A stretch of 58,761 nt of DNA, filler included, from Ionaspis alba (taxonomy: Eukaryota): assembly GCA_964255285.1 (NCBI GenBank). It is 4 parts of 4 records of this genome, joined end to end, with 100 filler letters (N's around TTAATTAATTAA, not from the genome) between each part and the next. Parts side by side here need not be neighbours in the genome. Positions count along the whole stretch, not along the records: positions 29,447 to 44,055 come from CAXUUL010000411.1; positions 44,156 to 58,761 come from CAXUUL010000412.1; 2 more parts are not named here. One strand, written 5' to 3'. The number at the start of each line of letters is the position of its first letter. Positions within the stretch are counted from its first letter, which is position 1. Position numbers and translations under genes: made by a program. Under the pieces are notes generated by a model, which worked only from the letters and a program-made list of their open reading frames with translations, was not told where the DNA came from and made no database searches. Below, piece by piece: positions 39,301 through 52,111 of this stretch.

Positions 39301-40112
39301 TGCTGCTGAATATGATGCCTTAAGCTGGCCCCTAGATTGTCCTTGGTAGGCGCGGTACTGCGTCCAGGCACCACTTGACTTGCTGACACAATGCGCCTGT
39401 TCCCTAACGGGTCAATCGGCGAGAGCCGACCACCACTGACATGCCTTCGCCGGCTTTCACTCAAGTTGAGAGCAAGATTCACAATCTGTGCTGGGTTCAT
39501 GTCAAGATCTGTTTGTTGAGACACAGGTCGAGGCTCGCCAATTTCCTTTGTCATCTTGTCTGAGAGTCCTCCGTTTGCTGGGGTTGACGATACTTTGGAT
39601 GGTTCATGAGACAGCGAAGATGCTCCATCTAGGTCGTGATGTTCATTTTGGGCAGCATTTGTAACCTTTGTCGAAAGGGGCGAGCTTCCAATGGAAGGCT
39701 TGTGTCGATGGGCAGATGGCCTCACCGTATATTTTCGAGAGACAAAACCCACGTCATCCTCCCTGCCTTTCCCTTTGCCCGTTGGCAGTCCATGTATAGT
39801 GTGTCTCTTCGACTCGCTGCGGGTAAAGGCCGATGTAGCCGACTCCAGAAGGAAACCCCCCGAGTGTCTTGACTTGTGTTTTCTGACAGTGGCCTCATGT
39901 TGCGCCTCTCCAAGGCCAGCTGGCCGTACTGCAGCAGGATCTCCCTCTTGTAAACAAAATCTACCACTACTGCTCAGATGAGAACTTGCTGAGGTCGCCA
40001 AAGGAGAGCCTTTGCTTGCTTTTCCATTCATATGGGCAGCAGAGGAGGAGGAGGGTATTGACGATGAAGATGACGTGTTCTGGTGTTGTTGGCCATAAGA
40101 CAGATCGGACAT
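36333..40112 (-). CDS. Large Ser/Arg-rich protein with C-terminal membrane anchor, Mtc4-like
   Basis: Intronless ORF of about 1259 aa with a GRLYNPLQYIRNRKIR motif and an RRRRRRFRW stretch followed by a hydrophobic C-terminus. Family assignment rests on recalling the YNPLQ.IRNR motif. Confidence 0.65.
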   Translation of the reverse strand: MSDLSYGQQHQNTSSSSSIPSSSSAAHMNGKASKGSPLATSASSHLSSSGRFCLQEGDPAAVRPAGLGEAQHEATVRKHKSRHSGGFLLESATSAFTRSESKRHTIHGLPTGKGKGREDDVGFVSRKYTVRPSAHRHKPSIGSSPLSTKVTNAAQNEHHDLDGASSLSHEPSKVSSTPANGGLSDKMTKEIGEPRPVSQQTDLDMNPAQIVNLALNLSESRRRHVSGGRLSPIDPLGNRRIVSASQVVPGRSTAPTKDNLGASLRHHIQQQRRTSRNMSPKSIKMDLDGGPQIRPMSSQSINREPEPPALPGFGAGFVDDYMFSPSDATLLRAEKARISLELCYEYRRLLPHLEPLPTPHDSRPGTSRSAKKSKSDPSQAPGRLYNPLQYIRNRKIRNRERKTFDAEADGWKNLERVRSWVNSVSSLRQDRVLNATSELSLPPFLPEQNLLREEPSPTSSLQRFDAPTAVKVSRPKTEWITTPWDFLADAYWLDQDEHRKLIEDRDGHKLFPTATSQIESASRTSLDVIRPSARRSSSIPRSGQVSKTKDISTIKPQDWPQQERGRRRHQFRDSITSLHEYSSSQDRKSRWHRKVVRAQSSSSSDESPSGNLNRLSQQDDLRDSRERQDSAILDRQMLRLLAKEAVDSAPGTIRQREKPIEFSSQLGENGNRLHQSDTNHSATAGEATEKSPYSHEKVHNLQPRSPTEKGTVPNMAMKFSREEDGIGAPRKQIPTLQRMAQADQENESSRPNSNAGMTGSGPIIFTSEANSRLDGIEYIPRPDTSSTPADGLLSPKSAEGFRSLRRKRSNSKSLRGQKEQGDMESRLRGMLRGPSRLAEMVGSPVSKVGDLLWRRDVSSRISNIASPASSNASEASDTDGDTSLTKSKRHRAPKKYDEEEYPKNITNEDSPKYHLNNLPTFRSTFLKDSNDNKPVTANGNDHIARQQIASRERSRSSRFSRLAPPGLDLRSISPSPSATLTRIETTDSDMTRDELTQSSGRQSVGRPNLRQMSSTFGPNLKLPVTGLTRLDIQRRISRPNLQGKRHWSISDRGVPSVRGIITIHDITRVRALLLSSGVKANEISRRAVEIPDLPSEILQEIQRSSTAPLPRVPRSREHALASRLLVQSIDDTNRRLREAADHMSDTTINELHKRITTLDARITSTLTPMVRASADDADLLSNELSTTHRLSIKQLNDSLDLIVRRRRRRFRWMRRGGYLLLEWTLLGLMWWVWLIVVIIRLIRGTVSGLFAGIKWFLWL

Positions 40113-40928
40113 GACCAACGCATTGGAGCGACAGTCAGAAGGGAATTACCGGGTTTTCTTTGGCGATATTTGTAGAGTGTTTGTGCATGTTGTGAGCATT
40201 TGGCAAACTGCCATAGTCAACAGCTGAGCTTCTCTGTAGAGGGTACGGAATAGGCTGAGTGGTAGCGAAACTTGCTCTGCGCAGCGTAGGAAATGAATGT
40301 AGTCAACAGGTTGTTGAGGATCAGGAGAGCTTTTAGAAGTGTCTATTCGTAGACTTAGCCATGTGATGCAGAATGAAGCACGCCTTCATTCAATTCCACA
40401 GCCTTATCCCTGCAAACACTAGCGGCTCAGGGAAGAACGATACGGACCGGACCTTCTTTGAGCCTGTCCCTCAAGGCATCAGATTTATCGCCTATCAACG
40501 ACAACATACAAACCCTGGGCTCCTTCCCTCCAAACATGGAGTATACATCAATACCCCAACTATACAGCTAGCATGCACATCAGCATATCGACCTCAACCA
40601 GACTTTCCTTGCGGTCCATTGACTCTAGCTTGCGTTCGGTATTCCCTGTGGTGTTCCTACATGGCCAAAATATTCAGTTTATCAACTACTACGAAAGAGC
40701 CTGATAGTCGACTTCTATTATTCAATGCTCCGAGATCTCTTCTACACGATTCTTCTGAAGCACATAAGCAAGCGTCGTAAGCCTTCCTAGTATATGAGCC
40801 TCCCCTAGCATTGTCTACTGGAAGTAGGTAATACTGCCTGAGATGCACTATTGAAGCCATGCTAGTGTACAGATTGGCTATGGCTCGAACAAATATCTTC
40901 ACATATGACAAAATGACCGCTTCTGGAT

Positions 40929-40961
40929 CTGATATCTCGATACTGATATCTCGATACTGAT
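40929..40961. repeat. 14-bp tandem duplication (CTGATATCTCGATA x2 plus CTGAT)
   Basis: Exact copies at 40929-40942 and 40943-40956. Confidence 0.85.
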
Positions 40962-41165
40962 CTTACCAGCCCTGGCTTTGACGATTTCCTTCTCCCTTCT
41001 CACCCGCAGTGTTTCCATGCGCCCAATCATACAACACTCCATGAATGCAGTTCCAGCCTGGATTTCACTTCCCTCGGCGACCAACATTATGACCTTCGTT
41101 TTCGAAGTAATCATCCCGACCTTGACGGAGAACTAATGTCCAGCCCTTGCCTTGTTGTCCGCGGC

Positions 41166-41265
41166 NNNNNNNNNNNNNNNNNNNNNNNNNNNNNNNNNNN
41201 NNNNNNNNNNNNNNNNNNNNNNNNNNNNNNNNNNNNNNNNNNNNNNNNNNNNNNNNNNNNNNNNN
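41166..41265. other. Assembly gap (100 N)
   Basis: Run of N; the SSADH N-terminus is missing. Confidence 0.95.
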
Positions 41266-42748
41266 GACTGGAAACACAATTGGATCTTGTCCCGAGTTCT
41301 CGAAAGAAGATACGGACATCGCCATCAAAATCGCCGCCGACGCTTGGCCGGCGTTTCGAAAAACTACAGCTAGAGAAAAAGCTCGGATGCTTCGGAAGTG
41401 GTATCAGTTGATGATAGACAATGTCGATGATTTAGCTACGCTCATCACATGGGAAAATGGCAAGCCTTTCAACGATGCGAAGGGGGAAGTAAATTATGCC
41501 GCTAGCTTCTTTGAATGGTTTAGTGAGGAGGCTCCCCGGAATTATGGTGATACAATCGAACCCTCGTTGCCTGGAATTCGAGTATTCACCATCAAAGAGC
41601 CTGTGGGTGTCTGCGGTCTCATCACGCCGTAAGTTTCTCCGACGACCTGCGCTTGCTGAACACAATTGACTTCCGACCGTAGTTGGAACTTCCCAGCTGC
41701 CATGATTACCCGTAAAATCGGACCTGCTCTTGCTGCGGGCTGTACCGTTGTCGCCAAGTCTCCCGGAGAGACTCCCTTCACATCACTTGCGCTGGCCGAG
41801 CTAGCCCATCGTGCTGGCATACCCAATGGGGTCGTCAACGTCATTACCGCTCTGAAAAATACAGCCGAGGTCGGAGAAGCCCTTACCTCGAGTCCCACGG
41901 TTCGGAAAGTATCCTTCACTGGATCTACAGGTGTAGGGAAGCTACTCATGAAACAGTCGTCCCACACGCTTAAGAAGCTATCATTCGAACTAGGTGGTAA
42001 CGCACCATTTATCATCTTTGACGACGCCGACCTGGACCTAGCCGTGACAGGAGCCATCACAAGCAAGTTCCGCAGTTCGGGCCAAACCTGCGTCTGCGCC
42101 AATCGCATATTTGTTCAAAAAGGAATTTACGATAGCTTTGCCGCCAAATTCGCTGAAAAGGTCAAGGCTTTTAAGGTCGGAGGAGGATTCGGTGACGGTG
42201 TTACCCACGGCCCTCTGATCCACGACCGCGCAATTAGCAAAGTTGACGAGCATGTACGAGACGCGGAGAAGAAGGGGGCCAAGGTTACTGTAGGCGGCCA
42301 TAAAATGGAGAAGCTAGGAGCAAACTTCTTCGAGCCAACTGTCATTACTGGCATGAAGCCTGAGATGCGAATGGCATCTGAAGAGACCTTTGGGCCTGTT
42401 GCTGGACTCTACCCGTTTGAGACAGAGAAGGAGGTTGTGGATCTCGCAAACAGTGCTGATGTTGGTCTTGCCGGCTATTTCTTCAGCAAGGATCTGCAGA
42501 GGGTGTATAGGGTAGCAGAGGCGTTGGAGGTGGGTATGGTTGGCGTCAATACAGGCCTCATCAGCGATCCAGCTACACCGTAAGACCATCTCTCTTCCCT
42601 TCAAGGATCATAGCTGACAATACGTAGATTTGGTGGCGTCAAATACAGTGGTTTTGGTAGAGAGGGAAGCAAGTATGGTATCGCAGAATATCAAATCACG
42701 AAGACTGTGACACTTGGTGGTATGGGGCAGCCTTTGGGTGGTTCATAA
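41266..42748 (+). CDS. UGA2: Succinate-semialdehyde dehydrogenase (ALDH family), 5'-truncated by gap
   Basis: [35 protein letters not shown] (catalytic Cys), EETFGP and [18 protein letters not shown]. Confidence 0.9.
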
Positions 42749-43147
42749 GCACGAGTATATTCTATGAACGCCCAGCAGAATGAAGGTTTGGACGTTGTAT
42801 ATAAAAAGCAAAAGCGATAAAGTTTGAATGCCATGATTCATTGCCTCCTCCATGACCTTAACATCTATGCGACCAATGAGCTGCAAAGGCTCAATGTCCC
42901 CCTTCGCCGATTCTATGGTTGAGCCTTTTACCTTTAGTCTTTGAGAATAATCAGATTCTTCAATTCTGCGACTTCGTTTAATCTGGGATTAAAAGAACTC
43001 ATCCGAGCTGCTCCCTCAGTCAACAGCCTCCAAGCCCCGAAAGACTAGCTAGGAGACTCGCAGTACGAGAGGCTACAGCCTACGAATTCGCCAAAAATAT
43101 GTGAACATGAATGCCCAATTTATTTGCCTCGTCAATCCAGCCGCTCG

Positions 43148-43804
43148 TCACCGTCCCACCAGCTCTTTCACACCATCCAGAATTCCCCCTTTCCACCTCC
43201 GCTCCGCCAGCTCTATGACCGATTTCGCAACTCCCACTCCTACATCCGCTTCTCTCTCTTCCATCCTCCTCTTCATCTCCTTTCTGACCTCTCCTTTCCT
43301 TCTCTCCTCTTCTCGATCCTCTCGGTCCCTGGCCTCCAATTCCCTGATCCAAGCCTCATTCTTTTCCCGCGCCTTTCTCTCGGCTTTGACGCCCTCAAAC
43401 TGTTTCCGCTTATCGCGGTCTTCCGCGTAATAATAAGAACCGGCAACTAGACAGAGAAGCGTGAAGCCTTGGGCATAGATACGAGCGCGAAACATACGAT
43501 TTGTGGTTGCGTGATCCCCGGCGCGGATGGAGCGGGTTGCCCCGAGGAGGGCCCAGCATGTCAAGGCGCAACCTAGTATGGGGAGTATAGTCAGCGAAAG
43601 ATGTACTAAAAGGTAGAGAGCTGGTGAAGAATTGATATATAAGTACCAAGAGGAATGAGGGGTTCTTCTTTCAGTCGACGAGCGAATTTCTGTAGGCGGT
43701 TCTCATCGTAGAAATCGCTGCCGAATATTAGAGTTGATGAGAACTTATGGTAGATTGGCGTACGTGTTGTCGTCAAAAGACGAGGGAAGGCGAGCTCCTG
43801 ACAT
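43148..43804 (-). CDS. RCF1: Respiratory supercomplex factor 1 (HIG1 domain)
   Basis: LPSSFD, RRLKEEPLIPLG|CALT, NRMFRARIYAQGFT and AWIRELEARD. Two introns. Confidence 0.9.
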
Positions 43805-44055
43805 TTTGACAGCCGCGGTGGTCGATCGAAGGCCTTATATTCGAACCATTACGACCTTCAAGTGATGAGGTCATGCAGTGTAAGAAAGTCCCACGGCAGG
43901 GTTGATGAGAAGCAATTGAAATGGAGAAGGACGAGAAATAAAGCGTGCCGGTCTCCAAAGCCGCACGAGTGTTTTCTTCAAGTCCTCGGCGATATCAAAC
44001 GGTTGGGTAATACGTCTGGTCGAGCGGATACGAATCATAAGATACTCAACAAGCT

Positions 44056-44155
44056 NNNNNNNNNNNNNNNNNNNNNNNNNNNNNNNNNNNNNNNNNNNNT
44101 TAATTAATTAANNNNNNNNNNNNNNNNNNNNNNNNNNNNNNNNNNNNNNNNNNNN
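44056..44155. other. Assembly spacer: 44 N + TTAATTAATTAA + 44 N
   Basis: Same layout as the other two spacers. Confidence 0.95.
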
Positions 44156-45010
44156 GTCATCACCTGCCCCACCATCCCCATGGTTGTCGCCGCCACCTGC
44201 TCCCCCGCCAATGTCTCCATCCCCATCTTCGCCGTCTCCACCATCCTTATTGCCTTCATCACCCGAGTCTGCCCACTTCGCCTTGTCCGCATTCTTTTGA
44301 GCTTGTTTCTTCTTCTTTGCCGCACCGTGGGAAAGAAAATTGGAAGTGTCACCAAAGTCAACCGTAGGCAACGGCATAGACCAGAGAGGATTGCTGTAAT
44401 TCGACGATTTCTGGCTCTCCGTACTTGAAATTGGTGGAAGGTCAGTTTGGAGGGGTAATCGGACTTGCGCTAAACTCTCGGATGAGGTGTAGTCTGGAGG
44501 GGCATCGAAAACGGCGTCAAGATATGATGGTGGAAGAGATCCGTAGGGCAGAGGTGTGCATTCTGCTATGGCTTCACAGGTCACTGTACTCGACCAAGAC
44601 TTCGCTGGGATTTGTTCAGACTGTGGCAATAGCTGCAAAGCATTAGACGAATCCTTGTATTGGAAGCGAAAGTGGCGGGATCAATTGGCTTCGCTCTAGC
44701 CCCGAACCACGCCCTCGAAAATGGTTCGACTTATCTTTCGACTCGAGATGACTGAAGCAGTAGGTAGAAGGAAAAGTCGGGATCCTACCCATCGGTCTGT
44801 TGACATGAACGGCGCAAGCCCAGTAGCTTCCTGCCCCATGCGCTGCCATTTCCCACACCGCCTCGTCAACGCTACGAGCATAAATTTAGCCTCCTGCCCG
44901 CAATTTGCATCATCATTATCGTCATCCAAACCAATCTTCGGTCGCAGGATCTTTCGGGCGGTGGTGTCGACGGGGGCCTCGTAGTGTGACTCGACAGACA
45001 CTGCTGCCAT
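44156..45010 (-). CDS. Hypothetical protein, 5' part only (runs into spacer)
   Basis: Exon-like ORFs MAAVSVESHYEAP... and ...LPPSYLDAVFDAPPDY...GAAKKKKQAQKNADKAKW followed by G/D-rich sequence; exon boundaries uncertain. Confidence 0.55.
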
Positions 45011-46229
45011 TGTGGACGTTCCTGTGGCTGACTCGAGAAATCCAAGACCGGCTCATCGAAGCAACTTTGCGGCACCAGGGGATGGATGCGGATGATTGCG
45101 ATGGAGGAAAAACAATTGCTGGAGGGAAGTGCAAACGACCACCCAGCGAACACGAGGATTAGGGCGATGAATGTGTAGAGGAGATTAGATAGCTGATGAT
45201 GTAGAAGAACTTTTGGGCTCTTGTTCGAGGGTGAAGCAAGGAGCACGGGGAGTCTCTACTCGTAGGGGTCACGAGTACGGCCAATCCTTGTTTCGTGTGC
45301 GCGTGTGTGTGCGATCTTCCCTTCCGTGCCCCAATGGAAGTCCCAATCGATAAGGGTCGGCGCAAACCCCCCTGGGTCTTTAGTACATCACACACTCCTT
45401 CATCCTGCGTAACAAAACGTGTGGAAGAGTCTCCTCGTGCGAGAGAAACTGAGCAACAACGGTCAGAATGATCGACGGAGGCAAAATCAGACTTCCCGCG
45501 GCTCGAAGCCCTCCATCTCTTGATGCTGAATGGCAATGCGCGCTGATGCATTACGCCGCAGCCAATCGTTCCCCGTCCCAATGGTGATTTGCTGTTCGGG
45601 AAGACAAGGAGGGCGTACCGATTGAACACGACGTTTAGTTGCATGTGCTTGTAGCTCTGGAGAGGCTGTCATTGGCGAGGAGAATACTCATGAATAATAC
45701 CGGAGGATCTAGAGGCATACAGAGGTTTATATCGATTTGTTTGTGCAAGATCAATCATACATTAGTGAAGTGGTGGGATTTTGTTGGCGACGCATGTCTA
45801 CCTCAACCACGCACTGTTGACGAGTCCACGTCGAACATGTTCCTGCAACCATTGCATATGATGGATCTGATGGTGAAAAAATTGAAAATTTTTGTAGGGC
45901 AAGCTTGCTCGTTGTATGCAAGATCGGTGGTGGTATGCATAACTATGTTACATGAAAAATTCAAATTCCGCCTGAAATTGAGAGGCATGCATGCACCTGT
46001 CCCAGAGCTCCTTTTCGCAACCACCCTCTATCCTAATTGCCCTGGTATGTGGCATTGTAGTCGATCATTCGTTCATCGTCACCTGAACGCCTCGCAAATA
46101 TGGCATTTTTCTTCCAAAGGTCCACGCGTCCGCGTTGGCATGCACCGTAGTCTTGATTAATCCGTAGACCTCCAACTCCTTTCCGCAAAATGCAATGACA
46201 AGGTATCATGAATCTCCAAAAACTCCCAT

Positions 46230-49200
46230 CTATGAATGTTGTGTAGCAACTCCGTTCGTTTGTCCATTGGTCCCAGCCGTCCCAGCATCGACAGGCCCAC
46301 CATTGGTTGCAGACGTATCGGCAGCTGCAATTCGATCATACATATTCCGGACTTTGCTGCCAGGTGTATCCGGATTCGGCCAGTAGGTTGATACAAAATC
46401 CCTGTATGTAGAGTCAGTGATTCTCGCTTTTGCCTCGTCCAGTAGTGGTTGGCATACCAAAGATCAGCCTCCAAGTTCCCTCCAATTGCACCAACAGTAT
46501 CGGTAGCAATTACATTCTTGATAAACTCTCCAATTCTGATCAACTCATTCCTCAAAATGTTCGCTCGTTGCGCTTTGTCCCGAACATTCTCCTTCGTGGC
46601 TCCTCGTACGGAGTGCAGACTATCCTGGACGGGCTTAAAAGCCAGACGCATGAGGGTCTGGCTTTTAGCTTCACTGCCACTGCCACCCATGGAATGATCG
46701 TTGCTTCGACGACGATGATGATGATGATGATGCTGAGAAGGTCGATGTCGATGTTCCTCGCTTTTAGTATGATCGTGACTAGTTCTGTGGCGGAAATCTG
46801 GGTTTGGCGATGCTCCATTGCGCTCGCCATTAGAGAATCGCCGCTCGGTGCTGTTTCTCTTCCGATACTTGTCTGATTCCCGCTGACCCTTGCGTGCAGT
46901 GGATGGTGCAGGGGAAGCAGAAACACTAGCACGACCATCAGGATTTCTGGGAAACATGCCATTCTTCTTGTTGTTGCGATGGTGATTTTCGACGGCTCGC
47001 TTGGCTGCAAGATTTGTACCATTGCTGGTCTTTTCCTTGAGGACAGACAGGAGATAATCTGCACGGCGGACTAGGTGGACTGCTCCGGGTGATTTGACAC
47101 CTTTCTCTTCACCTTTGCTTCGTTCCTCTTTCTTCTCAACTCGGTGTTCCTCGAGGAAGAATTTGTCGGCCAGTCCAAGGTCAGGATCATCACGGATCTG
47201 TACCCATGCACCATAACCATGACGGACGATTCCCACACAAAGCATACCATCTTCGCGAGCACCCCATGGAGTTGAGTATGTGGCACCCTTTGATGCTTCA
47301 GGGATGCGGAAGCTCTTAGGATCTGAAACTTGGCCTGCGACCTCCTTTAACATTCGCATCTCACTAGGACGCTCTATGAGAGTCTCAGCGTTGAGTCGTT
47401 TGACGCCTTGGTAGTCGAAAAGAACGGCTTTTCGGTCCTTCTTCGTAACGACCTTATTGTGTGCTTTCTCCAGCGCCTCAACCCTCTCTTGTTCCTCTTT
47501 GAGCAGTTTCGCGGCCATAGCGACGATGGTGTCTAGGGTACTCTTGAGAAGTTCTCTGTCACGTGTCACAAGCCGTGCTTCTGCGACAAGTTCGTCGCCA
47601 CGATCTTCCATCGCACCGTATCGTAAGTAACCGCGAATGAGATTGCGAATCTCCCTCTCACTCATTGGTCTCTTTGGATCTTGACCAGGACGCTGATCGG
47701 AGTCTTCTGCAGCGGCTTCAATTGCTGCTTGGTCTCTTGCCCGTTTCTTTGCGGCACGTTCTTCTCGATCCTCGTCAGCCTGTTTTCTCTTCCTGGGGGC
47801 ATTCTGCTCTATGACTTCAGCAAGATATTTTTCGTCGGCCTTGCGCTTTTCCTCTGCCTTGATCTCATCGAGCTGCTCTTTGGGAATGATCTGATCCCAT
47901 TCAAGATCAATCTTAACATCCATGTACTCAAAGCTTTTCAAGAACTCTTCTCCACCATCAGCTGCGATACCCTCAGGTTGATCGGTTTGATGTTCCTCAG
48001 CATTCTCAAGGACGGCGTCGATGTCAAGTTCCTCTAACTTCTTTTGGTTTCCAGATTGTTCAAACATCTTTTGCCCTCGTCGCTTTAAGATGCGGGAGAT
48101 ATCATCTGAAGATGTCGGCTCTGCAATACTCTTACCAACGCGTGCCATCTTGTCGGTAATCTCCTTTGCATCCTTGTCGGTAACGCCACGTTGAATAGTG
48201 ATGAACTCTAGCATAAGCTTGTTCCGAGCGCGTTCCAAGACTTCTTCTTCAACTGTCTCCTTTGAGACTAGTCGATATATGCTGACAGGTCTTGTTTGCC
48301 CAATCCGATGAGCACGAGCCATGGCTTGAAGATCAGCTTGAGGGTTCCAGTCAGAATCGAACAAGATAACCGTATCCGCGGTCATGAGGTTGATGCCAAG
48401 ACCTCCAGCTCTGGTAGACAGTAAGAAACAGAAGTCGTTACTATCAGGAGCATTGAAGTGGTCAATGGCCATGCGTCGAGGTCCCGCGGCAATTGTCCCA
48501 TCAAGGCGTTGAAATTGGTAACCTCGTAGACGCAAGTAGTCACTGAGTATATCGAGCATCTTCACCATCTGGCTGAAGATCAATACTCGATGATTATCCT
48601 TCCGTAGCTTCGTGAGAAGCTGGTCCAGTAACATCATCTTCCCACTGCTCGTGATTAGACCCTTGAGTATGTCTTCTCGCCGCTCGCTTCCTGCTAGTAT
48701 CCTATCCTCTGCATTCGGAAACATAAAGGGATGGTTGCTAGCTTTCTTTAATTCCATCATGATGTTTAGCAACGACTGCTTCTGTCCTTTGGCGCCTTGG
48801 TTGAGAGCAGCATAGTTGCGAGTGAGGATGTTCTTATAGTACTCCAATTGAATATCCGATAGCTCAACTCTAATGATCTTCTCTATCTTTGGTGGGAGAT
48901 CGTTCTCGACCTTGTTCTTCGTCCGACGAAGCATGTACGGTTCGATAGCCTTGGTCAGCTCGGCGATCTTACTTCCTGCTTCTTCGGACTGTAAATCCAT
49001 GTTCTCTTCAATGTCAATGACACCGGGCATCAAGAAGTCCATGAGGGCGGAGAGTTCTCCCAGCGTATTCTGCATCGGTGTCCCAGTGATCAAGAGTCGA
49101 CTAGGAGCTTTGAAGTCGAGTAACTTGGCATAGAGTTGAGATTCGCGATTCTTCAGTCGATGGGCTTCGTCAATGGCCATAAATTGCCACTTGATCTGAG

Positions 49201-51246
49201 CAAGAAAGGATGCATCTGCAAGGATGTACTCATAGGTAGTAAGAAGAACGTGGAATTTGGCCTTCTGGACGTTCCCGTTGACCAAGAGCTCGTTCTCCTT
49301 GATGATGTTCCGAGAAGACTCGTTTCCATTGTAAACGACGTAGTTAATGTCCGGTGTCCAGTTGTCAAAAGTCTCTGCCCAGGAAGGCATAGTAGAAAGA
49401 GGAACCACAACAATGAACGGACCTTGTTGTTGTCTGTCATGTCTTAACCAATTCATAAACGAAACAGTCTGCACTGTTTTACCCAAACCCATTTCGTCAG
49501 CGAGAATAACGTTCTTGCTCTTGCACCAGTTGTATGCAAGGAAATTGAGTCCACGCATCTGAAACTCTCGCAAAGTCCCATGTTTGATGTAGGAAGGCTG
49601 TTCAAGGATGCGATCAAATCGCCGCCGAGTATTGGGATTTGACTCGTGTTTGTCTGAAACAGGAAGCTTTGAGGTTCGGTCGAGGTAACGGTCGATTTCA
49701 GTTTGGGCGATATTGCTGATCAAAGCTGCGTCTTCCCAAGTGCAAGAGTCATAGTAAAGTCCTTTCCCTGGACGGAATTAGTCACCAATTACCATGGAGG
49801 GGGAATGATATTACATTTGATGTAATACTCTGTATTCCCATCGTCGCCTTTTCGTGTATTAATAACTCGCTCGACTTTCATGTAGTCTGTTAATGCATCT
49901 GCATCCCGCTCACGGTCCAAGCTCCATTTTTCCTTCTCTTCCGGTGGAACATCGTCGTCGAGTCTCATGTGTATCTCCTCCGACACGACCTTCCGGAAGT
50001 AATTCTCTAGACGACGAACGCCGCGACAAGATGCAAGGGTCGAATTGCGTTCCCAGGTGGCGTGATAGTGTGCTTTCCCCTGCCATTTGACCTATGACGA
50101 CGACTGTCAGTGAGTGAAAACCTAGGAACATTAAATAGCTGGAGGAAACAACATACATAGTATTCAAAGTCGTCACGTCCTGGGTTGGGTATGTCATTGC
50201 CTGCGAAGCATCAGATCGTATTCATTTGAGACCTCATAGACCCTTACTGGATCGAGAACGATGGTTGAGGATTGCATCGATAGCTGGAGTGTTGTCTTCA
50301 GCCGCAGTAACCCAGTAATTAGGTGTCAGCATATCTGCATCCTCCTCCTCAAAGTTGTCCTCCTCGTCTTCGTTGTAGTTAGACACTTTTGCAGATTTGC
50401 GAGTAGAGAATCGCACTTCGCCATGTGCAGGTCCAGAGTCACTAGCCTCCTGAGTCTGGTGACGACGTTGCTTTCTGCCAGCGGTCCTTCTACGTGCCGC
50501 TCCGTAGACGTCGGAGTCGGAGTCTGACTCGGAGAGCATTGCCACAGTAGGACTCGGCTGTTTCGACACTGCCAATAATCATATATGTTAGATATCGTCC
50601 AGGTGTTGAAGCTTTGACGAGAATTCAGGGGTAAAAAGTACCTTGACGAGAGGACTGTTTTCTTCGCTTGCGGGGGTTGGTCTGAATATCTGAATCTGAT
50701 CCATCATCTTCAGAATCACTCTCAATCTACAGAAATAATTGTGAGTAAGCTTGGACCACGGTATTGACTTCGGCAAACATACTATCCGATGTGATGGACG
50801 AGCACGAGCCTATCAAGGTCAGAAGGGCATGGTAACATAGATAGCAGAAGAGCACCCACGCTACGGCGTATCCCGTACAGCTCCGGGTTGTTCATGATGT
50901 ATTCATCCTCTTCAATTCCCGCTTTCCGCTTCGAAGGTCTCGGGGAGTCGTGAGAGGATGAACGATCATCGCGGGTCATGTGGACCTGAGGTGGAGGTGG
51001 AGATTCCATTTCATAGTCTGCATCATCGGATCCTATGGCATCTTCATCCTGTGAAGAGATCGAATTCTGCATACTGTTGAAGCCGTTCTCGGATATTTCT
51101 CGTCCTCCGCGATGAGGAGATGGAATGGTAGGCATTGGAGGATCGATCGCATCCGAGAGGTCGCTTTCGCTGCTCGGGGCTATGGCAACATTGGCAAAGT
51201 CTGCCGCAGGTGGCGATAGACGTCCATTTGTGTAAAGATGGTTCAT
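46230..51246 (-). CDS. CHD1: Chromodomain-helicase-DNA-binding remodeler (Chd1/Hrp3)
   Basis: Tandem chromodomains ([18 protein letters not shown]), SNF2 motifs [31 protein letters not shown] and [11 protein letters not shown], and a SLIDE-like WGAREDGML. Several 5' introns and one 3' intron; an extra upstream exon is possible. Confidence 0.95.
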
Positions 51247-52111
51247 GGACGTATCGGAGGTAGAGGTGTATGCTAGGCTACTCGCTGGATGGGGACGAAT
51301 GTCAGCATTGGTTTAACTGGAAATGGTTGCAGAGGGTTCAGATCGAATATGCGAATAGTGCAAGTGTTGGCGACCCAGAAAAGGCACACATGTGGCTATA
51401 GACCTCAACAATGATGCAGTATGTTGAACTGGAGATGGAATGAAGGATGTTGATGATGATTTTGATGGAGACGATATAGCACGGCGAAGGGTCCGCGGTG
51501 AGGCCACAGCCACTCGGTGAGGTATAGATACATCCGTACAGTACAGCTGAGGTGTTTGAAGACCTGTGAGAGCTATTGGAAGGGATATGCCAGTGGCATG
51601 CACCGAGAAGGAGCCCTATAAATGAGGCTCCAACAGTGGAGATATGGGCACTGTCCAGAATCGGGAGTACTGGATAGCGAATTCAGAATAAGAATAGAGA
51701 CATTTACTTACAAGCCATAGCTAGGAGTGCCTATCTCTTTGATTCTGACAATGTTTCGCCCTGCTGTGGTGGATATGGTGGTATGTCGAAGGAGGTGTCT
51801 GATGAGGGAACGGAGGGTCAAAGATGTCCGGCTAGATCGATATGTCGCTAAAGTTGCCAAGACCAGCCCAGTCGGGTTCACAATGCACAATTCACAAGGC
51901 AGCGGACCCCACATAGTTTGCGCAAATCTATATCGCCAGTGTATACCAAGGGCTATTCTTCACTCGATTCCTAGCACACCTCTTCTAAGCTTGGTTCCAC
52001 GTTTCTATCCCTTTACAGCCACACTACGCTCGTCTCCTTATTGAACAAAGTCAAACAGCCCCAAGCAGAGCGCTTCTACCCAGCTTAGTATTGTTCAACA
52101 ACAAAACAATC

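Noticed and set aside
44872..45246. Minus-strand ORF with a hydrophobic stretch overlapping the start of the hypothetical gene
   Set aside because: GTG start and pyrimidine-rich leader composition explain it; no independent support.
46712..46732. (GAT)n repeat
   Set aside because: Encodes a poly-His tract within CHD1; ordinary coding microsatellite.
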